NCBI GenBank assembly: GCA_963833125.1
Contig: CAWHWX010000019.1
Coordinates: 168,164 to 232,163 of the forward strand
Direction of reading: 5' to 3'
DNA: 64,000 bases
From: Candidatus Bathyarchaeota archaeon
Lineage (GTDB): Archaea > Thermoproteota > Bathyarchaeia > 40CM-2-53-6
Shown here in pieces: positions 1 through 10,718 of this stretch; positions within the stretch are counted from its first letter, which is position 1, and each line of letters begins with the position of its first letter. The notes beneath the pieces were generated by a model, which saw only the letters and a list, made by a program, of their open reading frames with translations, ran no database searches and was not told the origin of the DNA. Position numbers and translations under genes: made by a program.

Positions 1-137
1 GACAACACTAACACCCTGCTTATTTCAAGATTGGCTAGATTTCTTAGTGGCGTTGCTTGATATAACGGAGAGAGGAGGATGAAAGTACCGTCGGAACCCT
101 TGAAACAATCTTATAGAAACCTTGGGAAAGTCTGTCA

Positions 138-905
138 ATGGCACTGATAGTGAAGAATAGCCCACCCCTTTCTGAAGCAGCTGAAATCCTCGAGAAAGCG
201 TTCCGGGCAAGAAATCTCGTCATTATCATTGGTAATTGTAGGGTTGACTATGAGGGTCGGGCGTCATCAACCTTGGAATGGGGAGAGAGAATTGCTATGA
301 TCAAAGAAGATGGATCTGTGTTGGTACATCGACCGACCGGATACGAACCTGTAAATTGGCAACCCCCAAAATGCATGGTAAGCTTGAGGGTCGATGACAA
401 TACATTAGTGGTTAACGCGTCCCGGCCCCAACCTAAAGAGACCGTTTCCATCGGATTCAAAGAAATCATGTTAGTCGCTACCGGGAAGCTTGCGGATTCA
501 GGTGAATTCGCACTCCACGTTACTGAGGAACAAATGAAACAGGCTATCCTTACCGCTCCTGACCTTGTGGAAGAGGGATTGAAGCCTCTTCAGCAGGAGA
601 AGAGCCTAGGCGAAGCCGGGTTTACTGATATCTTTGCCGAGGACAAGCAGGGTAACCTTGTCGTTATAGAGATAAAGAGACTGGCAGCATCGAAGGACGC
701 GGTGATGCAGCTTCAAAGATACCTCGACACGTTGAGAAAGAGAATCAACAGGCAAATTAGAGGCATAGTGGTTGCACCGGAGCTTCGAAAAAACGCACAA
801 CCTCCATTGAACACTCTGAAATTGGAGTTTATCCGACTAGCACCGGAAAAATGTTTTACAGTGTTGAAGAGTCGAAAGGATGCAAAACTAAGCCAATTTC
901 TATGA
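138..905 (+). CDS. nucS: Mismatch-specific endonuclease NucS/EndoMS
   Basis: N-terminal YEGRA..L..GER...IKEDGSVLVH..GYEPVNWQP signature; C-terminal PD-(D/E)xK motif (TDIFAED..GNLVVIEIKR; QLQRY). Confidence 0.95.
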   Translation: MALIVKNSPPLSEAAEILEKAFRARNLVIIIGNCRVDYEGRASSTLEWGERIAMIKEDGSVLVHRPTGYEPVNWQPPKCMVSLRVDDNTLVVNASRPQPKETVSIGFKEIMLVATGKLADSGEFALHVTEEQMKQAILTAPDLVEEGLKPLQQEKSLGEAGFTDIFAEDKQGNLVVIEIKRLAASKDAVMQLQRYLDTLRKRINRQIRGIVVAPELRKNAQPPLNTLKLEFIRLAPEKCFTVLKSRKDAKLSQFL

Positions 906-1001
906 TAACTCTCCGGAACGGAGGTTCGACTCTTATCGACTACAGGGAGCAAGCTTATTTAGCGTAAGATCGTGATTCGCCGGAAGAATCAGTGGAACGC
1001 T

Positions 1002-1247
1002 TTGGAACCTTCAAGAAAACCTCTCAACTTGCTCGTGAAGAAACTCAACGGCGACGTCAACATCCGGCTGAAGAACGATGTCGAATACCGCGGCAAGATG
1101 ATCGATGCAGATAGCCACATGAACATCATACTCGAAGGAGCCACCGAATACCGCGGCAATACCCCCACGGCAAACTACGGAAACGTAATACTGAGAGGAA
1201 GTAACATACTATACATCTGTGTCGACGCTACCAAACAACCCACCTAA
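1002..1247 (+). CDS. Archaeal Sm/LSm RNA-binding protein
   Basis: Sm1/Sm2 motifs (VNIRLKNDVEYRGKMIDADSHMNIILE; VILRGSNILYI). Start placed at TTG 1002; the ORF track extends it to 972. Confidence 0.9.
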   Translation: MEPSRKPLNLLVKKLNGDVNIRLKNDVEYRGKMIDADSHMNIILEGATEYRGNTPTANYGNVILRGSNILYICVDATKQPT

Positions 1248-1309
1248 GCGTATCCCGGACCGAGCCACTCACTGTCCGTGTCTTGGGCTCGCAGTTGGCG
1301 TGATGTCAG

Positions 1310-2910
1310 ATGTGTGCGCAACTAAATTCGCCACTTCATGACTCCCTGCTAACTGAACTCGCCTCCAAGATAACGGAACATGACATTATCGATCCGGACA
1401 GTTTGAACAGGGCAAAGCTAGACTTTCTGTCGGGAGCATCATCTGGGTTGGATGCCAAGGAATTCAGACATTATCAGCGCCCTCTCTCCTGACGTTCGGC
1501 AGAAGTTTTCGGAGCGTCTTCGGTTGAAAAAAGTCCGAAGCGTTTCAGGAGTGAACGTGATTGGCGTAATGAGTTCTCCCCGCGCTTGTCCTCATGGGCG
1601 GTGCGTGTTTTGCCCAATGGAGAAAGGCTTCCCTATGAGCTACACTTCCGGTGAACCGGCTGCGATGCGTGGCTTGCAATCGGATTACGATCCGTTCGTC
1701 CAAATAACAGGCCGTGTCGAGCAACTGAAGGCAATTGGGCATGAGCCCTCTAAAGTAGAACTCGTTATTCAAGGTGGAACCTTCCTAGCCTCACCATACG
1801 ACTATCAGGAAGAATTCGTGAAACGTTGCCTCGACGCCCTAAACGGTGTCAACTCCCCAACCCTCAATGACGCTAAGCTTCTGGCTGAAACTAGTGAAAT
1901 CAGAAATGTTGGTCTGACCATTGAAACGAAACCAGACTGGTGCAAGCAACCCCACGTCGACCAAATGCTACGATTCGGTTGTACTCGCGTAGAAATCGGC
2001 GTGCAAATAATCGATGACACCGTCTACACGCTCACGAACCGAGGTCACACTGTTCAAGATGTTGTGGAAGCGTTTCAAATAGCAAGAGATGCGGGGTTCA
2101 AAATCGTTGCACACATGATGCCTGGATTGCCCGGATCTGATTTCCAGAAAGATCTCGCATCGTTCAAGCTGCTCTTGTCAGACCCGCGCTTTCGCCCCGA
2201 CATGATGAAGATTTACCCATGCCTCGTAATGGAAGGTACTGAACTGTACGATTGGTGGAAAAAGGGCGAGTACCAGGCGTTTGATACGGAACAAGCGGTT
2301 GAGCTGATAGCTCAAGTGAAGGAATTCGTGCCATCATGGGTACGGATTATGCGTGTTCATCGGGAGTTCCCAGTACAACTGATTCAAGCTGGAGTAAAAA
2401 GCGGCAACTTGCGGGAACTTGCCCTCGCTCGTCTTCGTGAGAGGGGCAAGAGATGCAGATGTATAAGATGCCGAGAGATCGGACATAGAACATTGAAAGA
2501 TGGAGTTCTCGTTGAACCAGACCGGGTTGAAATGATAACCACGGAATATCATGCGTCGGACGGACAAGAGTTCTTCATTTCGATGGAGAATTCGGACGCC
2601 GATGTTCTCGTTGGATATGTCCGACTCAGGATTCCATCACAATATGCTTCTAGGCAGGAAGTTGACCTGTTCAACAGCCTTAGTACGGGAGCTTCACGTC
2701 TTTGGCACGGAAGTTCCTGTGGGACAACGGCGTTCTGGTGCTTGGCAGCACGCTGGCTTTGGGCGAAAGCTGATGGCAGAGGCTGAGAGAAAGGCGAGCG
2801 AGGCTGGTACGAAAAGGGTTCTTGTTTTGAGTGCTCTCGGAACCAAGCAGTACTATGAACGGTTGGGATACTCACATGTCGGCCCGTACATGGGTAAAAA
2901 GATTAACTGA
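1310..2910 (+). CDS. elp3: Elp3 tRNA uridine(34) acetyltransferase (radical SAM + KAT), split by two apparent frameshifts
   Basis: CPHGRCVFCP radical SAM motif, SYTSGEPAAMR, CRCIRCRE, and VRELHVFG...WQHAGFGRKLM, distributed across ORFs 1310-1492, 1452-2786 and 2551-2910. Confidence 0.93.
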
Positions 2911-2976
2911 TTTCCGGACGTAGCTAATGTCTTAAGGTGCACAGGTTTTCTTTCTCCAGACGAACTGGGGAGAACA

Positions 2977-4332
2977 TTGCCGCAAGAAGAATTGAATGGC
3001 TACATCGGGTTAGCGAATGAATTACTCTCGAAGGCGGGAGTCCAGATTGGCGACCGAATACAATTGGAACTCAAACGTCCAGGAGGGCAGGAGACGGTTG
3101 AGGGTCTGCTTATGCCACGCTACCGCACTGAATCCGAGGAAAACTACCTTGTTGTTAAACTCAAGACCGGTTATAACGTGGGAGTTAGGATCGATTCATC
3201 AACGAAAATCTCTATCCTCGGTAAGGGGCAGCAGCCACAGTTTACGCGCCCGCCTCCACCCTCTCAAAAGCCTGGTCTTCCTAAGGTTTCGATCGTGAGC
3301 ACTGGCGGCACAATTGCAAGCAAGGTTGATTATCGGACTGGAGCAGTGAAACCTGCGCTCGATAGCGAGGATCTCTACAGCGTCGTTCCGGAGTTAGCGG
3401 ACCTGGCCGAAATCGAAGCAAACATTCTCTTCTCCGTTTTCAGCGAAAACATAGGTCCGCCACAATGGCCGAAGATAGCAGAGTTCGTTGCAGATCAGGC
3501 CCGAAAGGGCGCAGACGGAGTTGTAATCGCGCATGGAACGGATACGCTTGGATATACCGCTGCGGCCCTCAGCTTCGCGCTACCCGACCTGCCCATCCCT
3601 GTCGTATTGGTTGGCTCGCAACGCTCGTCGGATCGCCCTAGTTCAGATGCCGCTTCCAATCTAGTCGCCGCAACCGCGGTGGCGGGACAAGCGCCATTCG
3701 CCGAGGTCGTGGTTGCAATGCATGATTGGATATCGGATGAGAAGGTTGCCGTGCATAGAGGAACAACAGTTAGGAAGTGCCACACGAGTCGACGGGATGC
3801 CTTCAGAAGTGTAAACCAAAAGCCAATCGCACATTATGACCTCATTCACCGTACCCTCAATCTCGACGCCACACAATATAGAGAGAGGCGTAAGAGCACG
3901 TCTCTAACGGTCAAATCACAATTCGACCCTAACGTTGCACTCATCAAGTTCCATCCCGGAATTTCCGTTGGAATTATCGATTGGGCAACGGCAACCGGGT
4001 TCAAAGGCATCGTATTGGAAGGAACCGGATTGGGTCACGTAGGCGATGCGTTGTTCTCGTCGCTGGAACGAGCGGTGAATGACGGAGTTGTCGTTGGTAT
4101 GTGTTCGCAGTGCATCTGGGGCCGTGTTCATATGAATGTCTACTCAACCGGAAGGGACCTGTTGAGAATCGGAGTTCTTCCGTTAGGGGACATGCTGTCG
4201 GAAACGGCCTTGGTAAAGATGATGTGGGCCTTCGGCCAAGAAAAGAACCCTGAGAACGTTAAGAAAATCATGACGACAAACATAGCAAACGAACTCTCGG
4301 AGAGACGCGAGTTAGAGGCACAGATAGAATGA
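2977..4332 (+). CDS. gatD: Glu-tRNA(Gln) amidotransferase subunit D
   Basis: N-terminal barrel with KLKTGYNVG; asparaginase motifs STGGTIAS, HGTDT, GSQRSSDRPSSD; adjacent to gatE. Confidence 0.96.
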   Translation: MPQEELNGYIGLANELLSKAGVQIGDRIQLELKRPGGQETVEGLLMPRYRTESEENYLVVKLKTGYNVGVRIDSSTKISILGKGQQPQFTRPPPPSQKPGLPKVSIVSTGGTIASKVDYRTGAVKPALDSEDLYSVVPELADLAEIEANILFSVFSENIGPPQWPKIAEFVADQARKGADGVVIAHGTDTLGYTAAALSFALPDLPIPVVLVGSQRSSDRPSSDAASNLVAATAVAGQAPFAEVVVAMHDWISDEKVAVHRGTTVRKCHTSRRDAFRSVNQKPIAHYDLIHRTLNLDATQYRERRKSTSLTVKSQFDPNVALIKFHPGISVGIIDWATATGFKGIVLEGTGLGHVGDALFSSLERAVNDGVVVGMCSQCIWGRVHMNVYSTGRDLLRIGVLPLGDMLSETALVKMMWAFGQEKNPENVKKIMTTNIANELSERRELEAQIE

Positions 4333-6233
4333 GCAACACGGAAACCCGAGCACGCAAAGGTCAAGGTAGGTTTAGAGATTCACCGTCAACTTGACACGGA
4401 TCATAAGCTCTTCTGCGGTTGCCCCACCGAATTCGCGGAATCGGAACCAGAAACGAAGTTCCTGAGAAGACTCAGGCCAACTCAAAGTGAACTCGGACAA
4501 ATTGACCAAGCCGCGATGTTCGAGTTCCATCGCGGTAGAAGCATTCTCTACGAATCTGATCACCAAACCTCATGCCTCGTAGAAATGGACGAAGAACCCC
4601 CGGCGAAACTAAACCGCGAAGCCGTCGAGATCTGCGTAACCGCGGCGTTGCTGATGGGCGCGAAACCGGTGGACGAGATTCATGTAATGCGTAAGGTGGT
4701 CATAGACGGGTCAAACACGACCGGTTTTCAACGAACTGCAGTAATCGCATTGAATGGAGCATTGGAAGTTGACGGTAAGAAGATTCCGATTACTCAGATC
4801 TCACTGGAAGAGGATGCGGCGCGAAAGGCTTCGCAGTCCCAGACTGCAGCCGGTTATCTCATAGACCGGCTCGGGGTCCCGCTCATCGAAGTTACCACCG
4901 GCCCTGTGCTGGAATCGCCAGGAGAGGTTGAGAAGGTCGCTTACGCGATTGGTACTATTCTGAGAGCGACTCGCAAGGTGAAGAGAGGGCTTGGGAAGCA
5001 TCAGGCAAGACCTCAATGTCTCCATTCCGGAAGGAGCTCTCATCGAAATCAAAGGAGTTCAGGAACTGGAGGTTCTGGGCAAAGCAGTCGAACTTGAGGT
5101 GAACCGCCAGCAAACATTACTCACCATCCGCAAGGAACTATCCTCTAGAAACCTGAAACCAAACCAGATAGAGAAAAAGTACGTCAACTTCTCAGAACTC
5201 TTCTCGAAATCAGAGGCTCGGGTCATCAAAGCAGCAATGGCCAAGGGTGGAGTAGTCTTGGCTGTAAAACTGTCCAAGTTCAAAGGCCTCCTAGGCAGAG
5301 AGCTCGCCCCAGGTTTACGTTTGGGTGCGGAACTTTCCAACCGCGCATCATTCTGGGCGGGGGTAGGAGGAATATTTCACTCAGACGAGTTACCTGCCTA
5401 CGGAATATCTGAGGCCCAGGTTACTGCAATTAGGAATCAGCTTGGTCTTGCAGAGGAAGACGCGTTTGTCCTAGTCGCTGACGACAATGTCAAGGCAAAG
5501 AGATGCGCTGGATGCAGTTGTTGACCGAGCGAACGAAGCGTTGGAAGGTGTTCCGGAAGAGACCCGTACGGCTATGCCTGACGGGACCACTCGTTACATG
5601 CGTCCACGGCCAGGCGCAGCTCGTATGTATCCAGAAACTGATGTTCCAGAGACACCCATCCCGGAAGAATACATAGCCACGCTCAGGGTGAAACTACCAG
5701 AGACATCCGATAGAATCACGAGGCGATTGATGGATCAATTCTCACTTAACCAAAAATTAGCAAAGCAACTGGTGGATTCTGATTATCTAAGCCTATTCGA
5801 ACTGGTCGTCACAAAAGGGACGGTTCAACCCACATTTGCTGCAACATTTCTAACGGAAACGAGTAAGAGCCTTGAACGGGAGGGCGTCCCAGTACGCACT
5901 GTTCCAGACTCCAAAATAGAGGCTATGTTCCAGCTCCTGGTCAAAGGTGCGTTTTCGAAAGAAGCTATGTCTGATTTGTTAAAGTGGCAGGCTTCAAATC
6001 CAAGGGCGGATCCTTCGGAAGGGGTAAAGCATCTTGGATTACAGATGTTGTCGCAGACGGAATTGGAGCAAGTTGTTGAACGTCACATCGAGAAGAACAA
6101 GAAACTAATCGAGACAAAGGGTCAGGGTGCTTTTGCGTCGATCATGGGATCCATCATGTCCGAAGTACGAGGGCGAACTGACCCTAAGCTTGTAACTGAG
6201 ACCCTCAAGAAGAGGCTGGCGAGTGCAGCCTGA
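4329..6233 (+). CDS. gatE: Glu-tRNA(Gln) amidotransferase subunit E, split by about 3 apparent frameshifts
   Basis: KVGLEIHRQL, MRKVVIDGSNTTGFQRT, IRQDLNVSI, GGIFHSDELP, RPRPGAARMYPETD motifs in successive frames. Confidence 0.95.
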
Positions 6234-6421
6234 GGGTAACGTCAAGTTAACGGTTGTTAAGAGATTCTTCTTGTTTTCTGTTCGGAATAAGGGGGGGTGG
6301 ATCCACCCCTCGAGGGGTGGTGCCAAACGGTGCCAAACGAACGTAACCATCGCCCCATTTTACGCCCCGATCCCTCCATACGAAGCAGTTTGCAGCAGCA
6401 ACCAACAAGTTGACGTTACCC
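6234..6421. mobile_element. MITE-like non-autonomous element, copy 1
   Basis: Ends GGGTAACGTCAAGTT / AAGTTGACGTTACCC form an imperfect TIR. Flanks GCCTGA / GCCTAA are a 6-bp TSD with one mismatch. A reverse-complement copy lies at 44279-44465. Confidence 0.85.
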
Positions 6422-6600
6422 GCCTAAGATTTGGGTGTGAAGCCACCACAACGGCACCTTTTTCCGGGAAAGCGGCACCGCCATCAACAAACATGCGAGC
6501 ATAGGATGGTGGCAATGGCTGGGCGGACGTCATCCAGCTGAATGGCCGATTCCAGCTGGCACTCGCTGGTTCTCAGCGGGGTTGCTGTTTGGGTGGATCT

Positions 6601-7545
6601 TTATTCGAGGAATTGAACGTCGTCTACCAGGCCGTCGCTGTTTACATCTAAGCCCGTAACGACTCGGGCGATAGTTTTCCGGTTTTCCGTGTTGCCTTTT
6701 GCGATTTCGTCAGTGTACTTGATGAACGCGAGAACAGCAGCCCTTGTGCCAAGGTAGCTGTTCCCCGCTATCACGAACATTTTTGAGTCTTGGTTGTTGG
6801 GGTTGCTGATCAATTGCACTGCCCCCTCTTCTTCGCCAGAATAGCTTCGGCCCGAGAGACGAGAGATCATCATATTGTGGCCGGTTAATTCGTATGTTAT
6901 GGAGAGATATTCGTTCGCGGTCATTGTAACAGTGTTTACCCTAGGCCCTCCAACAACGATGAGGTTCCGTGCTGATTCCTGTTGGGACAATTCAGTGTCC
7001 AAACGTACAACGCTTTCTCGAGTGACGGGGAGGAGCGATCCTATGAATAATGCTAGGTCTGTGGCTCTGTCGCCGCAGCGGGCTCGGCTGCTGAAGATGC
7101 CATGTGCATCGGGGCTTCCCAGGACAATGTGTCCGTTGAAGTGGCCTTGCGAAATGAATGGGTCCAGCATTTTCGAGGCGGGTTCCGAGAGAGTTTCCTC
7201 GACGAGATCCCGCGAGGCTGTGCTCGATGATCCTCGTCGGGGTATGATGGCTACCGCTTTCTCCTCTGCTCGATAATACTTGGCCGTCGCACCCCTCTTC
7301 TTCTCCGTTCTCTCTAACGCCACTAAACCCGCTCTGTCGAGTTCTCTCAAATGATAACAGATCACCTGCTCGCTAGTGTGGAAAGTGTCAGCTAGGTCTT
7401 TCGCGCATTTCTCGCCATTGGACAACTCGCTCAAGATTTTCCATCGGGTTGGCTGCAGAAGCAGTTGAGCAACTTTCGGGTCAGAGATGATTCGGGTGGG
7501 GAGGAGTCGGTTGACGCGTCTCTCCTTTAGCAATAGGTATGACAT
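6601..7545 (-). CDS. ArsR-like HTH transcriptional regulator with large C-terminal alpha/beta domain
   Basis: N-terminal wHTH (RWKILSEL...AKDLAD...EQVICYHLRELDRAGLV); C-terminal NLIVVGGPRVN and VIAGNSYLGTRAAV motifs of the kind seen in S-layer C-terminal-like domains; divergent from glmS. Confidence 0.8.
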   Translation of the reverse strand: MSYLLLKERRVNRLLPTRIISDPKVAQLLLQPTRWKILSELSNGEKCAKDLADTFHTSEQVICYHLRELDRAGLVALERTEKKRGATAKYYRAEEKAVAIIPRRGSSSTASRDLVEETLSEPASKMLDPFISQGHFNGHIVLGSPDAHGIFSSRARCGDRATDLALFIGSLLPVTRESVVRLDTELSQQESARNLIVVGGPRVNTVTMTANEYLSITYELTGHNMMISRLSGRSYSGEEEGAVQLISNPNNQDSKMFVIAGNSYLGTRAAVLAFIKYTDEIAKGNTENRKTIARVVTGLDVNSDGLVDDVQFLE

Positions 7546-7733
7546 GGCATGTTGGCCTCGGAAGGTGCATTAATAAAGTGAAGATTTGACTATTAAACAC
7601 GTTTTTGATTAATCTGCGCGCATCCTCAACCCGTACCACCTGGAAGAGCCCTGATTCATCAACACTAAACCTAAGGAAACCTTATGACAACTGCCCTGCA
7701 ACCTCGGCGAACTCTATCAGGAAACTGGAACTC

Positions 7734-9556
7734 ATGTGTGGAATATCCGGTGTCGTACAAAAGTCCGGCGACGTCGGTCCGATCCTTTACGAATCGTTGA
7801 AACGACTAGAATACCGGGGTTATGACTCGGTTGGCGTTGCAGCGATTATCACCGGAAAGATTGTCGTAAAGAAAGACAAGGGTAAGATCGACGAGGTCGA
7901 AAAAGAGCTACGAATCAGCGATTTGGGCGGGATAGTTGGGATTGGCCATACTAGATGGGCGACTCACGGGGCACCATCCCAGGAGAATGCGCACCCGCAT
8001 ACAGACTGCTCGGGCACGGTTGCAGTCGTTCATAATGGCATAATTGAGAATTTCTTGGACTTAAGACAGAAGTTGGAGGCTTCTGGGCACAAGTTCAAGT
8101 CAAGAACCGACACTGAAATAGTCGCACACCTCGTAGAAGAGAACCTCAAGTCAGGGGTAGGGTTTGTTGAAGCAGTTCGGCTTGCTGCGAAGAGGCTCAC
8201 CGGTGCATACGCCCTCGCTCTCATATGCAGTGAGGAACCCGACAAGATCGTGTGCGTGAGGCGGGAGAGCCCGCTCGTGATTGGCACGGGTGATAACGCA
8301 AACTACCTAGCCTCCGACATTCCCGCTTTCCTTTCACGAACGAATCGGGCAATTCTTCTTGAAGATGATGAGATGGCGGTTCTCACGGCTAACAGTGTCA
8401 GCTTGCTAAAGGTCGAGAGTGGAGAGAAAGTCTCCAGGCAGCCCTTCGTGGTGGACTGGAGCGTTGAGACGGCTATTAAGACCGGTTTTCCTCACTTTAT
8501 GTTGAAGGAGATTTACGAACAACCGCACACCGTCCGTAATGCTCTGCGAACTCATCCGATCTATCTCGATCTAATGGCCTCTGCTATCAACCGGGCGAAG
8601 CGAGTATTCTTGCTTGCATGTGGAACCTCATACCACGCATGCCTGGCTGCCAGCTACGTGTTCGCGAACCTCGCCAAGGTTCAAGTCACACCCGTTGTTG
8701 CCTCAGAATTCATAGATGGTTATGGGGTGCTAATCGATCAGGATACCGTGGTCTTGACTGTAAGCCAATCAGGCGAAACTGCGGACACACTCACGGCGGT
8801 TCGAGGGGCAAAGGATCGTGGTGCCACAATACTTGGCGTAAGCAACGTGATGGGATCAACCTTGACTAGGCTGTCGGACGTTTATATCGGCCAAAACTCC
8901 GGTCCAGAAATGGGCGTGGCCGCTACGAAGACCTTCACTGCCCAGTTTGCCGTCCTCATCAAGATCGCGGTGGCCCTCGCGCAGAAACGTAAAACCTTGA
9001 GCCAGAATGAATTGCAGATGCTCGAACGCGGCTTCCACCAACTACCCGAATGGCTCTCAAAAAGCTTATCGAGCCAAAAGGAGCAGGTAAGACGGATTGT
9101 TGAAAAATACTCCGACAGAATTAGTTTTTGTTTTCTCGGCAGGGGGATCAGTGTCGCCACAGCGCTTGAAGGACGGCTGAAGCTTCTTGAACTTTCATAC
9201 CTACCCGCGATTGCATATCCAGCGGGTGAGTCGAAACACGGGTTCATCTCGGTAGTTGAGGAAGGCTATCCGGTAATTTTCATTGCACCCATGGACGAAG
9301 CGTACTCTAAGATTATTGGGAATGTTATGGAAATGAAGGCACGGGGTGCGCAGGTAGTCAGCATAGTTGAAGAAGAGGATAAACAAATCGCAGGCTTATC
9401 GGATGAAACGATAACGACGCCTACTGGGATCCCTTCGCCACTCACGCCGATAGTCTTCATTCTTCCACTCCAACTTTTCCGTATTACATGTCGGTGAGAA
9501 AAGGATACAACCCCGACTTTCCACGAAACCTGGCGAAATCAGTAACCGTACACTAG
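7734..9556 (+). CDS. glmS: Glutamine--fructose-6-phosphate aminotransferase (isomerizing), frameshift near 9480
   Basis: N-terminal MCGI at 7734, LEYRGYDS, GHTRWATHG, SQSGETADT; the C-terminal PRNLAKSVTV lies in the shifted frame ending TAG 9556. Confidence 0.96.
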
Positions 9557-9656
9557 CAAACAAGTAACAAAGAGAGGTCTGGTTCGACGAACGGCGTACT
9601 AAGCGGAAGACATGATGAACCGACTACTCGCTCTTTTTCCAAAGCCCTAGAGCTCA

Positions 9657-9986
9657 TTGATCAGTTTCGTAATTCAACGAAGTCCCAATCTGATCCAAGT
9701 CGGGATTTGCTTCTTTGGAAATGCGCAGGCTGAGGTTGAGTATTTGGCGTTTAGGATAGCGATCATTAACGACTTGAGTGATTATGATCCCCAAAGTAAG
9801 CCCGCAGAGACGCTTTCTCCTGATCATGTGCGTGACCTTATCGCCAAAGCCCAGGCAACATTGGATTCGGATCCACGTGTGGCTTACAAAAACGTCCGCG
9901 AAGCCGTCGATGTCCTGAGAAGGATGTCTAGACCGGGCGGGAGGAGCGTGAAGACCCGCCACGATTCATCACCAAAGAATGGGTAG
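9657..9986 (+). CDS. Hypothetical protein (true start uncertain, possibly ATG ~9612 with a frameshift)
   Basis: Open frame filling the gap between glmS and the ECF gene; helical composition; no recognised motif. Confidence 0.4.
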   Translation: MISFVIQRSPNLIQVGICFFGNAQAEVEYLAFRIAIINDLSDYDPQSKPAETLSPDHVRDLIAKAQATLDSDPRVAYKNVREAVDVLRRMSRPGGRSVKTRHDSSPKNG

Positions 9987-10028
9987 AAACGCTTTTCTTG
10001 GTAGATTCTTAGGCCTCACCGAAGACGG

Positions 10029-10718
10029 TTGAAGAACAATCCCCAAAGGTTCACAGTCACTCTCGCCGGCGCAGCCGTATTCTCCGCACTTGCGGCGTTG
10101 TTGACTCTCTCCAGGGCTGCAATTCCATTCCCACTAGTCCCGTACCTCCAGATAGATTTCGCAGAACTTCCGATTTACATTGCATTTTTCCTGTTCGGGC
10201 CCGTGGCAGCCATCATAACGGAATTAGTACATTGGCTATTTCTCAACATAACCGGCTCTGATGCGCCTTTAGGGCCAGCAATAAAATTGATTGCAGTCTT
10301 ATCGACTCTCGGCGGGTTTTGGGCAGGGAGCGCTATCTACTCTCGTCTCGTGAGGGAACGGGGGCGGCCTGCCGTCTCACTCTCACTCATGTTTGGCGGG
10401 GGGATGCTTCTTCGTGTTGTGGCGATGACTATTGTGAACTACATAGTCCTCGTGTACGTCGGGCCAGTCATTTTCGGACTCAACTACATGGCATTCGCTA
10501 GGATTACCCTCGTCCAAACGACCGGGTGGCAATTCAACGGCGACGCTATCCTACTTTTCTGGGTGCTCGTTTTCACCGCTTTGTACAACGTGATAAACCT
10601 CCTAGCGGCCGCGATTCCCGCGGGACTAGTTGTCTCGCCTTTAACGAACTCATTCCGGCACATAACTTCGATTGACACTTGGCTCATGAGGAATGTAAAA
10701 GCTAAACCTTCCAGCTAA
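10029..10718 (+). CDS. ECF transporter substrate-specific (S) component
   Basis: About 6 hydrophobic segments; IPFPLVPYLQIDFAELP..IAFFLFGP motif typical of RibU/PanT-like S components. Confidence 0.8.
   Translation: MKNNPQRFTVTLAGAAVFSALAALLTLSRAAIPFPLVPYLQIDFAELPIYIAFFLFGPVAAIITELVHWLFLNITGSDAPLGPAIKLIAVLSTLGGFWAGSAIYSRLVRERGRPAVSLSLMFGGGMLLRVVAMTIVNYIVLVYVGPVIFGLNYMAFARITLVQTTGWQFNGDAILLFWVLVFTALYNVINLLAAAIPAGLVVSPLTNSFRHITSIDTWLMRNVKAKPSS

Noticed and set aside
915-945. GGTTCGACTC resembling a tRNA T-loop
   Set aside because: No 5-bp T stem, acceptor stem or anticodon arm can be built; it is the short nucS-Sm intergenic region.
6428-6600. GC-rich intergenic stretch with hairpin CCAGCTG...CAGCTGG
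   Set aside because: No RNase P, SRP, C/D or H/ACA motifs and no credible ORF; may simply be a terminator zone between convergent genes.
7605-7733. ORF-track N-terminal extension of glmS, or a glmS ribozyme
   Set aside because: GlmS needs Cys at position 2 (ATG 7734); no glmS ribozyme core sequence is seen.
9612-9693. ATGATGA...CTGA possible C/D sRNA
   Set aside because: The spacing is about 80 nt with no internal D'/C' boxes or terminal stem; more likely the start of a CDS.
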